Shown here one piece after another: positions 44,502 to 54,900 of a stretch of 64,000 bases of DNA. Source of the stretch: an uncultured Actinomycetes bacterium (GTDB lineage: Bacteria; Actinomycetota; Thermoleophilia; Gaiellales; JAICJC01); NCBI GenBank assembly GCA_963809205.1, contig CAWEIS010000028.1, positions 76,469 through 140,468 on the forward strand, in the 5' to 3' direction. Below the pieces are notes generated by a model. The model ran no database searches and had not been told where the DNA came from. It was given only the letters and a program-made list of their open reading frames with translations. A program made the position numbers and the translations under genes. The first letter of the stretch is position 1. Each line of letters begins with the position of its first letter.

Positions 44502-45854
44502 CTACGACGATGCCCGGACCGGCGCGGGCTCGACGCGGCTCGATGCCGCCCGTGCGCCGGGTTCGAGCGGCTTGCGCTCGAACCACAGCCGCAGCGACGT
44601 CCGCGCCGCGCGGCGCACTCGCTCGACCGACCGGTCGAGATCCTGCCAGCGGCTCGCCGGCCGCAGCACGAGGACCGCACCATCCGCCAGCCCTGTCACC
44701 AGGAGCGAACCTGGGTGATCCGACACCGGGGCGGTCGCGATCACGACCACGTCGGCGTGCTTGCGGGCCTCGCGGAGCAGGTCCGACACACGGGACGACG
44801 AGAAGAGCGTCTCGTCGGGCCGGGCGCTGGCGCCGGCGGCCACCTCGCGCAGGTTCTCACCGATCTGATGCACAGCGAGCGCGTCGTCGGTGCCGTCGAG
44901 GAAGCTCCGCACGCCGGACCCGACACCGTCCGGCGCCACATCCATGACGAGCGCCGGCGTCCCGGCTGCCGCGAACGCGTGAGCCAGCTCGGTCGCGGAT
45001 GCACGGACACCCCGCCGACCGTCGGTGGGAACCACCGCGACGACGCCACCGTCCGGTCTGACGGCGGAGAGCTCCAGGTCGACGCGCAGCCCGGCGATGC
45101 CCGCGGGGGTCGAGTCGTACACGTCCATGTCGGCCGGGTCGAGCGCGGATGCGTTGCGCACTCGCGGATCGAACCGCTGGAGGGCCAGCGCGAGCAGGAC
45201 GCCCGTCGCGAGCCCAGTCATCAGACCCGCCAGCAAGGCGGCTGCCGGGCTGATCGAAGCCGTTTGCTTCTCCACGCTGGGGTCGCCGCCGACGGTGATC
45301 TGCTTCGGCACGGCAGCGAGCGCATTCGTGATCGCCAGGTGTGCATCCTGGCCACCGGAGGTGTCCGCAACGGCCGGCACACTAGTCAGCGCGGTGGTCA
45401 GCATCGAGATCTGCTCGCCCTGGCGCACCTTCACGTAGGCGGCGGCGTAGGCCGCTGCGCCCCTGCGGGCGGCGGCTGCGGAGTCCGCGTCGTAGGCCAG
45501 CTGGGCCTCGGTGGCGTCGAGCGCCTTGCCCGAGACGGCGTCTCGCACGATCCCCTGCGACACGCCGAGGGCCTGCGCGGCGTTCGCGACCGCGGCCGAC
45601 AACTCGTAGCTCGCGGGATCCGGCAGCACCTTGGGCTGCACCACCCGCGGCAGCGAGTACCGTCCATTGGAGCCGCTCATGTCGAACTCGACCTCGCGCA
45701 CGGTGACCGTGGCCCGGTATGCCCCGTGCTGCCGCGAGCTCGCGACCTGGCGAGCCACGATGCCGAACCCGATGGCCACGATGGCAATCACCCACCACCA
45801 CCTGAGCATGGCCGCCAGCGCACCACGGAAGGTCAGTTCAGGTCGAAGACTCAT
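44502..45854 (-). CDS. Wzz-like chain-length determinant fused to a BY-kinase-like domain with a degenerate P-loop
   Basis: Two TM segments ('WWWVIAIVAIGFGIVA', 'AALLAGLMTGLATGVLLALAL') bracket a periplasm-type domain. The C-terminal 'VVAVVPTDGRRGVRASATELAHAFAAAGTPALVMDVAPDG' sits where BY-kinases have 'S..PGEGKST'. Start at ATG 45854. Confidence 0.65.
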   Translation of the reverse strand: MSLRPELTFRGALAAMLRWWWVIAIVAIGFGIVARQVASSRQHGAYRATVTVREVEFDMSGSNGRYSLPRVVQPKVLPDPASYELSAAVANAAQALGVSQGIVRDAVSGKALDATEAQLAYDADSAAAARRGAAAYAAAYVKVRQGEQISMLTTALTSVPAVADTSGGQDAHLAITNALAAVPKQITVGGDPSVEKQTASISPAAALLAGLMTGLATGVLLALALQRFDPRVRNASALDPADMDVYDSTPAGIAGLRVDLELSAVRPDGGVVAVVPTDGRRGVRASATELAHAFAAAGTPALVMDVAPDGVGSGVRSFLDGTDDALAVHQIGENLREVAAGASARPDETLFSSSRVSDLLREARKHADVVVIATAPVSDHPGSLLVTGLADGAVLVLRPASRWQDLDRSVERVRRAARTSLRLWFERKPLEPGARAASSRVEPAPVRASS

Positions 45855-45959
45855 TCGGCTCCCGGTCAGTCGGAGAACGCGGACTGCCGGCCCGCGGTCT
45901 ATTGCCCACGCACGCCAGTGTACAGTGGACTGCCTGGGCGACAAGTAGATCATTCCGCG

Positions 45960-46613
45960 ATGACCGAGCTGGCCCCAACACCCGAAGCCGCCCGCCGCCC
46001 GGGAGCCGCACCGGCAGGGGCCCGCAGGGGGCTGCGGACGCCCGGCCGCCGCGCGGCGGTCTCCGCCGTGGCCCTGCTCGTGATCGCGGGCCTGGTCGCC
46101 AGCGGCGCCACCGGCTGGCTCGACGACCTGCTGCGTGACCACGCGGCTCCGCTGGCCCACGGGCCGCAGCGCTCCCACCCGTTCCTCCTCACCTGGCTGA
46201 ACGAGTGGCTGGCCGTCGACACGCTGCTTCTGGGGCCGGTGCTGAGCACCCTGATCTTCGGGGCGGAGTGCGTGCTGCTCGGGTCCCGGCGCGAACGCCG
46301 CCGCGCCCTGGCCTGGGGTGGCGCCTTTGTCGCCGCGCTCGCCATCGAGCTGATCGGCAAGCAGCTCGTCGATCCCGGGTTCCCGAGCGGCCACGTGCTG
46401 CGCTCGGTGCTGATCGCGCAGGTCGGGATCGAGCTCTGGCCCCGCCGTCGAGCAGCATTCTACGGTCTGGTGATCGTGACCGTGATCGCGATCCAGCTGA
46501 AGGGCATCCACACGATTTCCGACATCGCCGGTGGCCTGGTCGCCGGCTTCGGGCTTTCGGCGGCCGTCGATCTGGTCTCGCCGCCCGCGCGCTCACGCCG
46601 CTCCAGCATCTAG
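45960..46613 (+). CDS. PAP2-family membrane phosphatase
   Basis: Last 218 codons of track ORF 44316..46613. 'FPSGHVLRS' and 'GIHTISDIAGG' are the PAP2 motifs, and hydrophobic helices are present. Confidence 0.75.
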   Translation: MTELAPTPEAARRPGAAPAGARRGLRTPGRRAAVSAVALLVIAGLVASGATGWLDDLLRDHAAPLAHGPQRSHPFLLTWLNEWLAVDTLLLGPVLSTLIFGAECVLLGSRRERRRALAWGGAFVAALAIELIGKQLVDPGFPSGHVLRSVLIAQVGIELWPRRRAAFYGLVIVTVIAIQLKGIHTISDIAGGLVAGFGLSAAVDLVSPPARSRRSSI

Positions 46614-47019
46614 ATCACCCGCGTGGGCACGCCCTGCCGGCGCCTCTGCCCTACACCGAGCCGTATGCGAGGGCGTCTGCTGCTGCTCGCGATCGCGGCA
46701 TCGAGTCTCGGGCTGATGAGCGTGCCGGGCAACTCGGCGCGGACGCCCGTGCCGGTGGCGGCTTATCGAGGATGAGTACTACATCCCTCGGACGGGCCCG
46801 CTCAGCGCTCCGCACGACGGGGTGAAGTTCATGCAGCGGCCTCCGGTCTGCATCCGCTATTAGCAGCCCCCAGAGTGTCGCTGCTCAGCCGAGCCGATGC
46901 CGGCCAACGCTGCATCACCATGATGGAGCAGTGTTCCCAAACATAGGACGGCTTGACTTAGATTGCGCCAGATCGTACTATCGCCCCACTGGAGGGGGAA
47001 ACTGGGTAGTCGCCACCTG

Positions 47020-47880
47020 ATGAGACGGGTTCTCGGCTTAGTCGTGTTGTGTTCGTTGCTGGGCCTCGCGTTGCCGGGTGCGATTGTCGCTGCTCAGATG
47101 CCGGCTGACGCGGATGCGGCGGCTGATCCCAACCAAGAGCGTCGGCAGGGGCGGACGGCGCAGAGCCCCGGTAGGGGTGATCAGCACGTTACCCGGTTGC
47201 AGTCGGCGATCGATGGCATCACGGCAGGCGCCGAGAACTGGCGAGTGCTGGAAGCCGGATGTGGGTCGCGCACGCGGATTCGATACGACAGTCACCAGTA
47301 CCTGGTTGGAATCGACATCTCGGCATTGCAGCTCGACCGCAATCCTGATCTGGATGAGCGGATCGTCGGCGACGTTCAGTCCTACCCGCTCGCGGCCGCG
47401 TCATTCGACGCCATCACCTGCTGGAACGTGCTTGAACATCTCGACCGTCCTGAGCTGGCTTTGGCCAACTACGCCAACGCGTTGAAGCCGGGCGGGCTCA
47501 TGGTGTTGGTGCTACCGAACGTCATGTCGGTCAAGGGATTGGTGACCAAACTGACGCCGTACCGCTTCCACGTGTGGGCGTACCGCACCCTGCTCGGGCG
47601 GCGCGGTGCCGGCCGAATGGAGGATGGCGGACCATTCCCAACCACGCTTCGGCTGGCGATTTCCCCAGCCGGTCTGCGACGGTTCGCCCAACACCATGAT
47701 CTGTTGGTGGAGTACGCCTCCACGCGGGAAGCCCGACCGCAGGCGGCGCTTCGAAAGAGGCTCCATCTCGAGGGCCGCGCATGGCGGATCACCAAGCGCC
47801 TCGTCCACGCGGCGACCTTCGGCCGGGTGGAGGCCGAGCGAACCGAGCTGATCCTGGTTCTCCGCCGACCTCCAAACTAG
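47020..47880 (+). CDS. Class I SAM-dependent methyltransferase
   Basis: 'VLEAGCGSRT' (motif I), 'LVGIDIS', 'FDAITCWNVLEHL', 'LKPGGLMVLVLPN'. Local GC is about 57%. The N-terminal 60 aa and the start are uncertain. Confidence 0.8.
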   Translation: MRRVLGLVVLCSLLGLALPGAIVAAQMPADADAAADPNQERRQGRTAQSPGRGDQHVTRLQSAIDGITAGAENWRVLEAGCGSRTRIRYDSHQYLVGIDISALQLDRNPDLDERIVGDVQSYPLAAASFDAITCWNVLEHLDRPELALANYANALKPGGLMVLVLPNVMSVKGLVTKLTPYRFHVWAYRTLLGRRGAGRMEDGGPFPTTLRLAISPAGLRRFAQHHDLLVEYASTREARPQAALRKRLHLEGRAWRITKRLVHAATFGRVEAERTELILVLRRPPN

Positions 47881-47940
47881 GGCCATTGCCCGCATCAAGG
47901 CGGTTCCTTCTCGCCTGTCCAATGGCCGTGTCGTGGGGCG

Positions 47941-49410
47941 TCAGTACCGATAGTGATCCGGCTTGAACGGTCCGCCGACCGGTATCCCCGCGTAGTCCGC
48001 TTGGTCGGGTGTCAGTTCTGTGAGCCGCACGCCCAGCGCGTTGAGATGGAGTCTCGCGACCTTCTCGTCGAGCAGTTTCGGTAGCACGTGGACGCCGTTC
48101 CCATACTCACCCCCGTTCGTGAACAACTCGATTTGTGCAAGAGTCTGATTCGTGAACGAGCATGACATCACGAATGAGGGGTGGCCAGTTGCGTTGCCGA
48201 GGTTCAACAGGCGTCCCTCAGAAAGTAGGAGTAGCGCTCGCCCGTCGGGGAACACCCACTTATCGACCTGCGGCTTGATATTGATCCTATCGATACCGTC
48301 GATTCTTGCAAGCCCGGCAACGTCGATCTCATTGTCGAAATGACCGATGTTTCCGACAATCGCTTGATGTTTCATCCGAGTCATGTCATTCACGGTAATG
48401 ACGTTATAGTTGCCGGTAGCGGTCACGAAGATGTCGGCGATCTCGACAACGTCGGCAAGCGTCTTCACCTCATAGCCTTGCATCGCCGCCTGAAGGGCAC
48501 AGATGGGGTCGATCTCGGTAATGATCACACGCGCGCCTTGGCCGCGCAGAGACTCGGCGCAGCCCTTCCCGACGTCTCCGAACCCGCAGACGACCGCGAT
48601 CTTACCTCCGATCATCACGTCGGTCGCCCGATTGATTCCGTCGATAAGTGAGTGACGGCACCCGTATAGGTTGTCGAACTTCGACTTGGTGACAGAGTCG
48701 TTCACGTTGATGGCCGAGAACGGCAGTCCGCCGGCCGCGTGGAGCTGGTAGAGACGACTCACGCCGGTAGTCGTCTCCTCTGTGACTCCCTTGATTCCAG
48801 CGGCCACACGGCTCCACCGGCCCGGGTCATCGAGGATGATTGTTTCGAGGAGCGAAAGAAACGCTCGGAACTCGTCTGACTGTGCCTCGCTGGGATTCGG
48901 AACCGACCCCGCGACCTCGTACTCAGCGCCTTTGAGCACGAGCATCGTGGCATCACCGCCGTCGTCGAGGATCATGTTCGGGCCGCCTGACTCGGCCTGG
49001 GACCAGGTGAGGGCACGCTCGGTGCATTGCCAGTACTCCTCGAGCGTCTCTCCCTTCCAGGCGAAGACCGGAACGCCTTCCGGTTGCTGTTCGGTGCCTC
49101 GCCGGCCGACAACGACAGCCGCCGCAGCGTGGTCTTGAGTCGAGAAGATGTTGCACGAAGCCCAGCGGACGCTCGCTCCCAGGTCGACCAGCGTCTCGAT
49201 CAGGACGGCAGTCTGGACCGTCATGTGAAGCGAGCCGGTGATACACGCGCCTTCGAGTGGGCGTATCGAGGCGTACTGCGCTCGCATCGCCATCAGTCCC
49301 GGCATCTCGTGCTCGGCCAACTCGATCTCCCGACGACCAAAGGCTGCCAGCGACAGGTCGCTGACTTGGTAGTCTGAGGGGGCTAGCACGTTACTGGCGA
49401 TCGTGGACAT
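47941..49410 (-). CDS. ahcY: Adenosylhomocysteinase
   Basis: 489 aa. '[26 protein letters not shown]', '[16 protein letters not shown]', NAD motif '[13 protein letters not shown]', C-terminal 'PDHYRY'. Confidence 0.95.
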   Translation of the reverse strand: MSTIASNVLAPSDYQVSDLSLAAFGRREIELAEHEMPGLMAMRAQYASIRPLEGACITGSLHMTVQTAVLIETLVDLGASVRWASCNIFSTQDHAAAAVVVGRRGTEQQPEGVPVFAWKGETLEEYWQCTERALTWSQAESGGPNMILDDGGDATMLVLKGAEYEVAGSVPNPSEAQSDEFRAFLSLLETIILDDPGRWSRVAAGIKGVTEETTTGVSRLYQLHAAGGLPFSAINVNDSVTKSKFDNLYGCRHSLIDGINRATDVMIGGKIAVVCGFGDVGKGCAESLRGQGARVIITEIDPICALQAAMQGYEVKTLADVVEIADIFVTATGNYNVITVNDMTRMKHQAIVGNIGHFDNEIDVAGLARIDGIDRINIKPQVDKWVFPDGRALLLLSEGRLLNLGNATGHPSFVMSCSFTNQTLAQIELFTNGGEYGNGVHVLPKLLDEKVARLHLNALGVRLTELTPDQADYAGIPVGGPFKPDHYRY

Positions 49411-49482
49411 ACGTCTCCTTGGATTCGCGTCGTGTCGGGCTGGACTCCGGTATGGGGCATCACGCTTGAGCGGACTGCCGAA

Positions 49483-50733
49483 CTACACAAGAGCTGCGTC
49501 CGTGGACTGCAGGTTGCATGCCTCGCGAAGCGTATGAACCCGGTCACGCCGCTCCCATGGCAAGTCGAAGCGTTCTTGGCCAAAGTGCCCGTATGCAGCG
49601 GTATCTAGGTAGATCGGCCGAAGGAGATCGAGGTCACGTATGATCGACGCGGGTCGCAGGTCGAATGTCTCGAGTACTGCGCGCTCAATCGTTCCGCGGT
49701 CGACCGTCTCGGTCCCAAAGGTCTCGACCATCAGCGACACAGGATGCGCAACGCCGATTGCGTACGCAACCTGCACCTCGGCGCGATCTGCAAGACCTGC
49801 TGCCACAATGTTCTTCGCCACCCAGCGCATCGCGTAGCTGGCGGAACGATCGACCTTCGAGGGATCCTTGCCGGAGAAGGCTCCGCCCCCATGGCGTGAA
49901 GAACCGCCGTAGGTGTCCACAATGATCTTGCGTCCCGTCAGGCCCGTATCAGCGGCCGGCCCCCCGGTTACGAAGCGACCCGTCGGGTTGACGAGAACGA
50001 ACCCGGGTGCCGAAAACCGCTCCGTTGGGCAGAGTGGCCCCTCGACTACCGGACGGAGAACGTGCTGCACGACGTCGGCCCGCAGCTGCGCTGGATTGTC
50101 CATTGCCGGGTCGTGCTGCGTAGACACCAGGAGTCGCTCGATCGCGCTGGGCTCCGGGCGCCCGTTCACCATCCTGTACCGGACTGTGACTTGTGCCTTG
50201 CCGTCCGGACGCAGGTACGGCAGCACACCGGCCTTTCGGATGTTCGCGAGCCGCTCGCAGATCCTGTGGGCAAGCGTGATCGGAAGCGGCATCAGCGCGT
50301 CGGTCTCCCGCACTGCGTAGCCGAACATCATGCCCTGGTCGCCGGCGCCCTGTGCGTCCTCAGCGGCCCCGGCCGCTTCGTGTTGCTCCTCGTAAGACGA
50401 ATCCACGCCGCGCCTGATATCGGGCGACTGCTCGTCGATTGCGACCATGACCCCGCACGTCGCCGAATCGAATCCGAGCTCCGAGCTCGTATAGCCGATC
50501 TCCTGCACGACGTTCCTGGCGACGCCCGGAATGTCGACATAGGCCTTGGTCGTGAGCTCGCCCGCGACGACGATCAGGCCGGTTGTGCAGAGCACCTCGC
50601 ACGCGACCCTCCCGGCCGGATCCTCGTGGAGGACGGCGTCGAGCACGCCGTCCGAGATCTGATCGGCCAGCTTGTCCGGGTGACCCTCCGTGACAGACTC
50701 CGAAGTGAAGAGAAACTCATCTTCAAGAGCCAC
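49483..50733 (-). CDS. metK: S-adenosylmethionine synthetase
   Basis: '[22 protein letters not shown]', '[12 protein letters not shown]', '[17 protein letters not shown]'. GTG start at 50733. Confidence 0.95.
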   Translation of the reverse strand: MALEDEFLFTSESVTEGHPDKLADQISDGVLDAVLHEDPAGRVACEVLCTTGLIVVAGELTTKAYVDIPGVARNVVQEIGYTSSELGFDSATCGVMVAIDEQSPDIRRGVDSSYEEQHEAAGAAEDAQGAGDQGMMFGYAVRETDALMPLPITLAHRICERLANIRKAGVLPYLRPDGKAQVTVRYRMVNGRPEPSAIERLLVSTQHDPAMDNPAQLRADVVQHVLRPVVEGPLCPTERFSAPGFVLVNPTGRFVTGGPAADTGLTGRKIIVDTYGGSSRHGGGAFSGKDPSKVDRSASYAMRWVAKNIVAAGLADRAEVQVAYAIGVAHPVSLMVETFGTETVDRGTIERAVLETFDLRPASIIRDLDLLRPIYLDTAAYGHFGQERFDLPWERRDRVHTLREACNLQSTDAALV

Positions 50734-51008
50734 GCTTCAGCCTCCCCCGATCGCGACGCGCGCATGGAGCTCCTGCTCCGGGATCCGCGTTGTTCATACA
50801 CCAGCAACGAGTTCGGGTCAAGAGCACCCAGCCCCAAGTGCCCACTGCCCAGCGGTATTAGGCAAGGTTCGGGCTTGACTTCTCCACCGGAAGAGCCAAA
50901 CTGTCCTTCCCCGGTATTTCGCGGACGAGGAGAGGGTGCGCGCGATCGGGGGGATCGCGCGCAGTTGGTCCGGACACGTAGGTGGCAAACCGGCCTCAGG
51001 AGCATTTG

Positions 51009-51965
51009 GTGGGTATCACGGCGGTGGGCTCGATAGCGTTCGACAGCGTGGCGACGCCCTTTGGCGTCAGGGACCGGATGCTCGGCGGTGCAGCAACGCA
51101 CTTCGCCCTCGGTGCGTCGTTTTTCGACGAGGTCCGCGTGGTGGGGGTCGTGGGCGACGATTTCGGTGACGCGGAGTTCGAGCTGCTGCAGACCCGGGGG
51201 ACGAACGTCGACGATGTCGCGCGCATCCCCGGTGGCCGCACGTTCTTCTGGCGAGGTGAGTACGGATGGGATCTGAACTCCCGCGAGTCCCTGGACACCG
51301 AGCTGAACGTGTTCGAGCACTTTGCGCCCGAGCTGTCCCAGGGATCCTGCGAGTGCGACGTCCTGTTTCTCGCGAACATCCAGCCTGGGCTCCAACTGGA
51401 AGTGCGTCGGCAGTGCCCGGGCGCACGGTTCGTCGCTCTTGACTCCATGGATCTGTGGATCGATGTGGCACGGGATCAGCTGGTCGAGGTGATGCGGGAC
51501 GTCGACTGCGTACTTCTGAACGACGCCGAGTTGCGGCAGCTCACCGTGAAGCCGAGCCTGGCCGCCGCCGCCAAGGAGGTGTTGGCGATGGGGCCGTCTG
51601 TCGTCGTGGCCAAGCAAGGCGAGTACGGTGCGTGCCTCTTCACTCACGACGGCTTCTTTGGACTGCCGGCATATCCGCTCGAAACCGTCGTCGATCCGAC
51701 CGGTGCCGGCGATGCCTTCGCCGGCGGTTTTCTCGGCCACATCGCGGCGCACCGCGAAGAACGGATCTCGCACGACGTGCTTTGCCAGGCGATGGCTCAT
51801 GCGACGACCGTCGCCTCGTTCAACGTTGAGGAGTTTGGTACGGACAGGCTCGTCAGGCTCACCTGCGGCGAGGTCGAGGACCGTGTGCGCGAGCTGCAGC
51901 GGATGACCGGCTTCGAGCTCCGCCCGACGGCGTTCCGCGGTTCCGTTAGCGTTCTGGCCCGGTGA
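51009..51965 (+). CDS. PfkB-family ribokinase-like kinase (adenosine kinase is plausible from context)
   Basis: GTG 51009 lies 6 nt after AGGAG. C-terminal 'VVDPTGAGDAFAGGFLG' PfkB signature. Its stop is 1 nt before the metH start. Confidence 0.8.
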   Translation: MGITAVGSIAFDSVATPFGVRDRMLGGAATHFALGASFFDEVRVVGVVGDDFGDAEFELLQTRGTNVDDVARIPGGRTFFWRGEYGWDLNSRESLDTELNVFEHFAPELSQGSCECDVLFLANIQPGLQLEVRRQCPGARFVALDSMDLWIDVARDQLVEVMRDVDCVLLNDAELRQLTVKPSLAAAAKEVLAMGPSVVVAKQGEYGACLFTHDGFFGLPAYPLETVVDPTGAGDAFAGGFLGHIAAHREERISHDVLCQAMAHATTVASFNVEEFGTDRLVRLTCGEVEDRVRELQRMTGFELRPTAFRGSVSVLAR

Positions 51966-51966
51966 C

Positions 51967-54900
51967 GTGGTGGCGACACGACGTGGTCGCGTAGCCGTTT
52001 CCTACCTCGACGTCGTCGCCCAGCGCCCAGTGCTGTTCGACGGTGCGATGGGCACCCGCATACAGGAGGCCGACCTCACGGCCGGCGACTTCGGCGGGGA
52101 GCGGCAGGTCGGCAACAACGACCACCTTTCAATCACCCGGCCTGACCTGATCGAGCAGATCCACCACGAGTACCTGGAAGCCGGCGCGGACGCCGTCGAA
52201 ACGAACACGTTCCAGGCCTCCCCTATTCGGATGCGTGAATGGGGGCTCGAGGAGCTGGCCTTCGAGATGAACCTGAAGGCGGCACAGATCGCCCGCCGCG
52301 CTGCCGACGAGCACGCCACGTCTTCGCGACCGCGTTTTGTGGCGGGATCGATCGGACCAAGCGGCATGCTGCCGTCAGGCACCGACCCCGCGCTTTCCGG
52401 CGTCGGCTTCGGCGGGCTATCGGCCGCCTTCGCGGTGCAGGCCGGCGGCCTCCTCGAAGGCGGTGTCGACCTGCTGATCATCGAGACGCAGCAGGATGTC
52501 CTCGAGACGCGTGCCGCGATCGACGGTGCACGCGCGGCGTTCCGGGCCGCCGGGCGGTCGGTACCGATCCAGGTGCAGGTCGCCCTCGACGTGACCGGGC
52601 GGATGCTGCTCGGCACCGACATCCAGGCGGTGCTGACGATCCTCCTGGCCATGGGGGCAGAGGTCGTCGGCGCCAACTGCTCAGTCGGCCCCGAGCATCT
52701 GCGTGAGCCGGTGCGTTATATGTGCGAGCGGTCGCCCGTTCCGGTCTCGGTGATCCCGAATGCGGGCCTGCCGAAGAACGTCGACGGTGTCGCCAGCTAT
52801 CCACTCGGGCCAGCGGACATGGCCGAGGCGCTGGCGGCGTTCGTGTCTGAGTTCGGCACCGAGATCATCGGCGGATGCTGCGGCTCGACCTGCGAGCACA
52901 TTGCGGCGCTCAGCGACGCGCTCACCACGATCCGCCGACATGTCCGCCAGGTGGTCTTCGAACCGGCGCTTGCGAGCGGCATCGCCGCATCGACGTTCGA
53001 GCAGCAGCCCAAGCCGCTGCTGATCGGTGAGCGGGTGAACGCACAGGGCAGCCGCGCGCTGAAGGAGCTGCTCCTGCGCGACGACTACGAGGGCGTGCTC
53101 GCGGTTGCGCGACACCAAGTGGAGGGTGGGGCGCATGCGCTCGACGTCTGTGTCGCGCTGACCGAACGAGGCGACGAGGCAGAGCAGATGGAGCACGTCG
53201 TCAAGCGGCTGTCGTCGGGGATCGAGGCTCCCCTCGTGATCGACTCCACGGACGCCGCCGTCGTCGGCCGCGCGCTCGAGATGTACCCCGGCCGCGGCCT
53301 GATCAACTCGATCAACATGGAAAACGGGCGCGAGCGAATCGACAGCGTCGTACCGCTGGCAGTGCGCCACGGCGCGGCCTGCATCGCACTCACGATCGAC
53401 GAGGAGGGGATGGCAAAGACGGCCGAGCGAAAGCTCGCGATCGCGCGGCGCATCCACGACATTTGCGTGTCGGAGTTCGGCCTTGCGCCGAACGACCTCA
53501 TGTTCGATGCGCTCACGTTCACTCTTGCGACCGGGCAAGAGGAGTTCCGGCGCAGTGCGATCGAGACGCTCGAGGGGATCTCGTCCATCAAGCGGGAGCT
53601 GCCCGGTGTGTGGACCGTGCTCGGAGTCTCCAACCTGTCGTTCGGCCTGGCACCACACTCGAGGCCCGTGCTGAACTCGGTGTTCCTGTACCACGCGATC
53701 GAGGCCGGGCTCGACGCGGCCATCATCAATCCCGCGCACGTAGTACCCATCTACGAGATCGGCGAGCAGGAGCGCGAGCTTGCGGAAGACCTGGTCTTCG
53801 ACCGCCGCGACGACGCGCTGCCGCGGTTCATCGCCCATTTCGACGAGCACACGTTCGAGGGTGCCGAGGAGCGCCCCGACCTGTTCGAGGGGATGAGCAC
53901 CGACGAGCGGATCCACGCGAAGATTCTGCACCGCCGGCGCGAGGGTGTGGAGGACGATATCGACGCCGCCCTCGACGAACGCGGCGCCCGCGAGAACGAC
54001 ACTGCGGTCGACGTCCTGAACACGGTCCTGCTACCGGCGATGAAGGACGTGGGCGACCGGTTCGGGCGGGGCGAGCTGATCTTGCCCTTCGTGCTGCAGT
54101 CCGCCGAGGTGATGAAGAGGTCGGTCGCGCACCTCGAGCACTACCTGGATCGGCTGGAGGGCACGTCCAAAGCGCGGGTGGTGCTCGCCACCGTGTTCGG
54201 AGACGTGCATGACATCGGCAAGAACCTGGTCGCCACGATCCTCTCCAACAACGGCTACACCGTCATCGACCTGGGTCGCCAAGTGCCCCTGAACGTGATC
54301 ATGGACAGGGCCGTCGAGGAGAAGGCCGACGCGATCGGCCTCTCGGCACTGCTGGTATCGACATCGAAGCAAATGGCACTCGCGCTCGGGGAGCTCGATC
54401 ACCGCGGCCTGCGGATCCCCGTCCTGATCGGGGGGGCCGCCATCAACCGCAGCTTCGGCCGGCGGATCGCCTTCCTCGAGGACGGGCGGCCGTACGAGCC
54501 GGGGGTCTTTTACTGCAAGGATGCCTTCGAGGGGCTGGATGCGATGGACCGGCTTTCGGACGGCGACGCCCGCGATGTCCTGATCCGGGAGCGGCGGGAG
54601 GAGGCCTTGGCTGCGCGCGACGCCCCGAAGCAGGCACCGGTCGAGGACGCAGAGGAGGCTCCGGGCCGTTCCGGCCGGGCAGCCCTGCGCGGTGACGTTC
54701 GCGTCCCAGACCCGCCGTTCTTCGGCACGCGGGTCGTACGCGACATCGCGGCCGCCGAGGCGTTCTCGTTGATGGACCTGAAGTCGCTCTACAAGCTGTC
54801 CTGGGGCGGGAAGGGAGTGCGGGGCAATGCGTGGGAGGCGCTCCTGCGCGACGATTTCGAGCCGCGCCGCGAGCGCATGCAGCGCGACGCCGAGGATACG

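Noticed and set aside
44316-45959. The first ~548 codons of the 765-aa plus-strand ORF 44316..46613.
   Set aside because: This part is antisense to the O-antigen-ligase-like and Wzz-like genes and translates to Arg-rich nonsense. Only the last 218 codons, from ATG 45960 (PAP2 motifs), look real.
46661-46862. A signal-peptide-only ORF ('MRGRLLLLAIAASSLGLMSVPGNSARTPVPVAAYRG*'), followed in another frame by 'IEDEYYIPRTGPLSAPHDGVKF', which is reminiscent of a cupredoxin-type secreted protein.
   Set aside because: It is too short and broken to call. At best it is a relic, so it is recorded here rather than as a feature.
49411-49482. A possible SAH riboswitch in front of ahcY.
   Set aside because: The metK-ahcY spacer is only 72 nt. 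It shows neither the conserved SAH-element core as I remember it nor room for the pseudoknotted fold. It looks like a plain intercistronic spacer.
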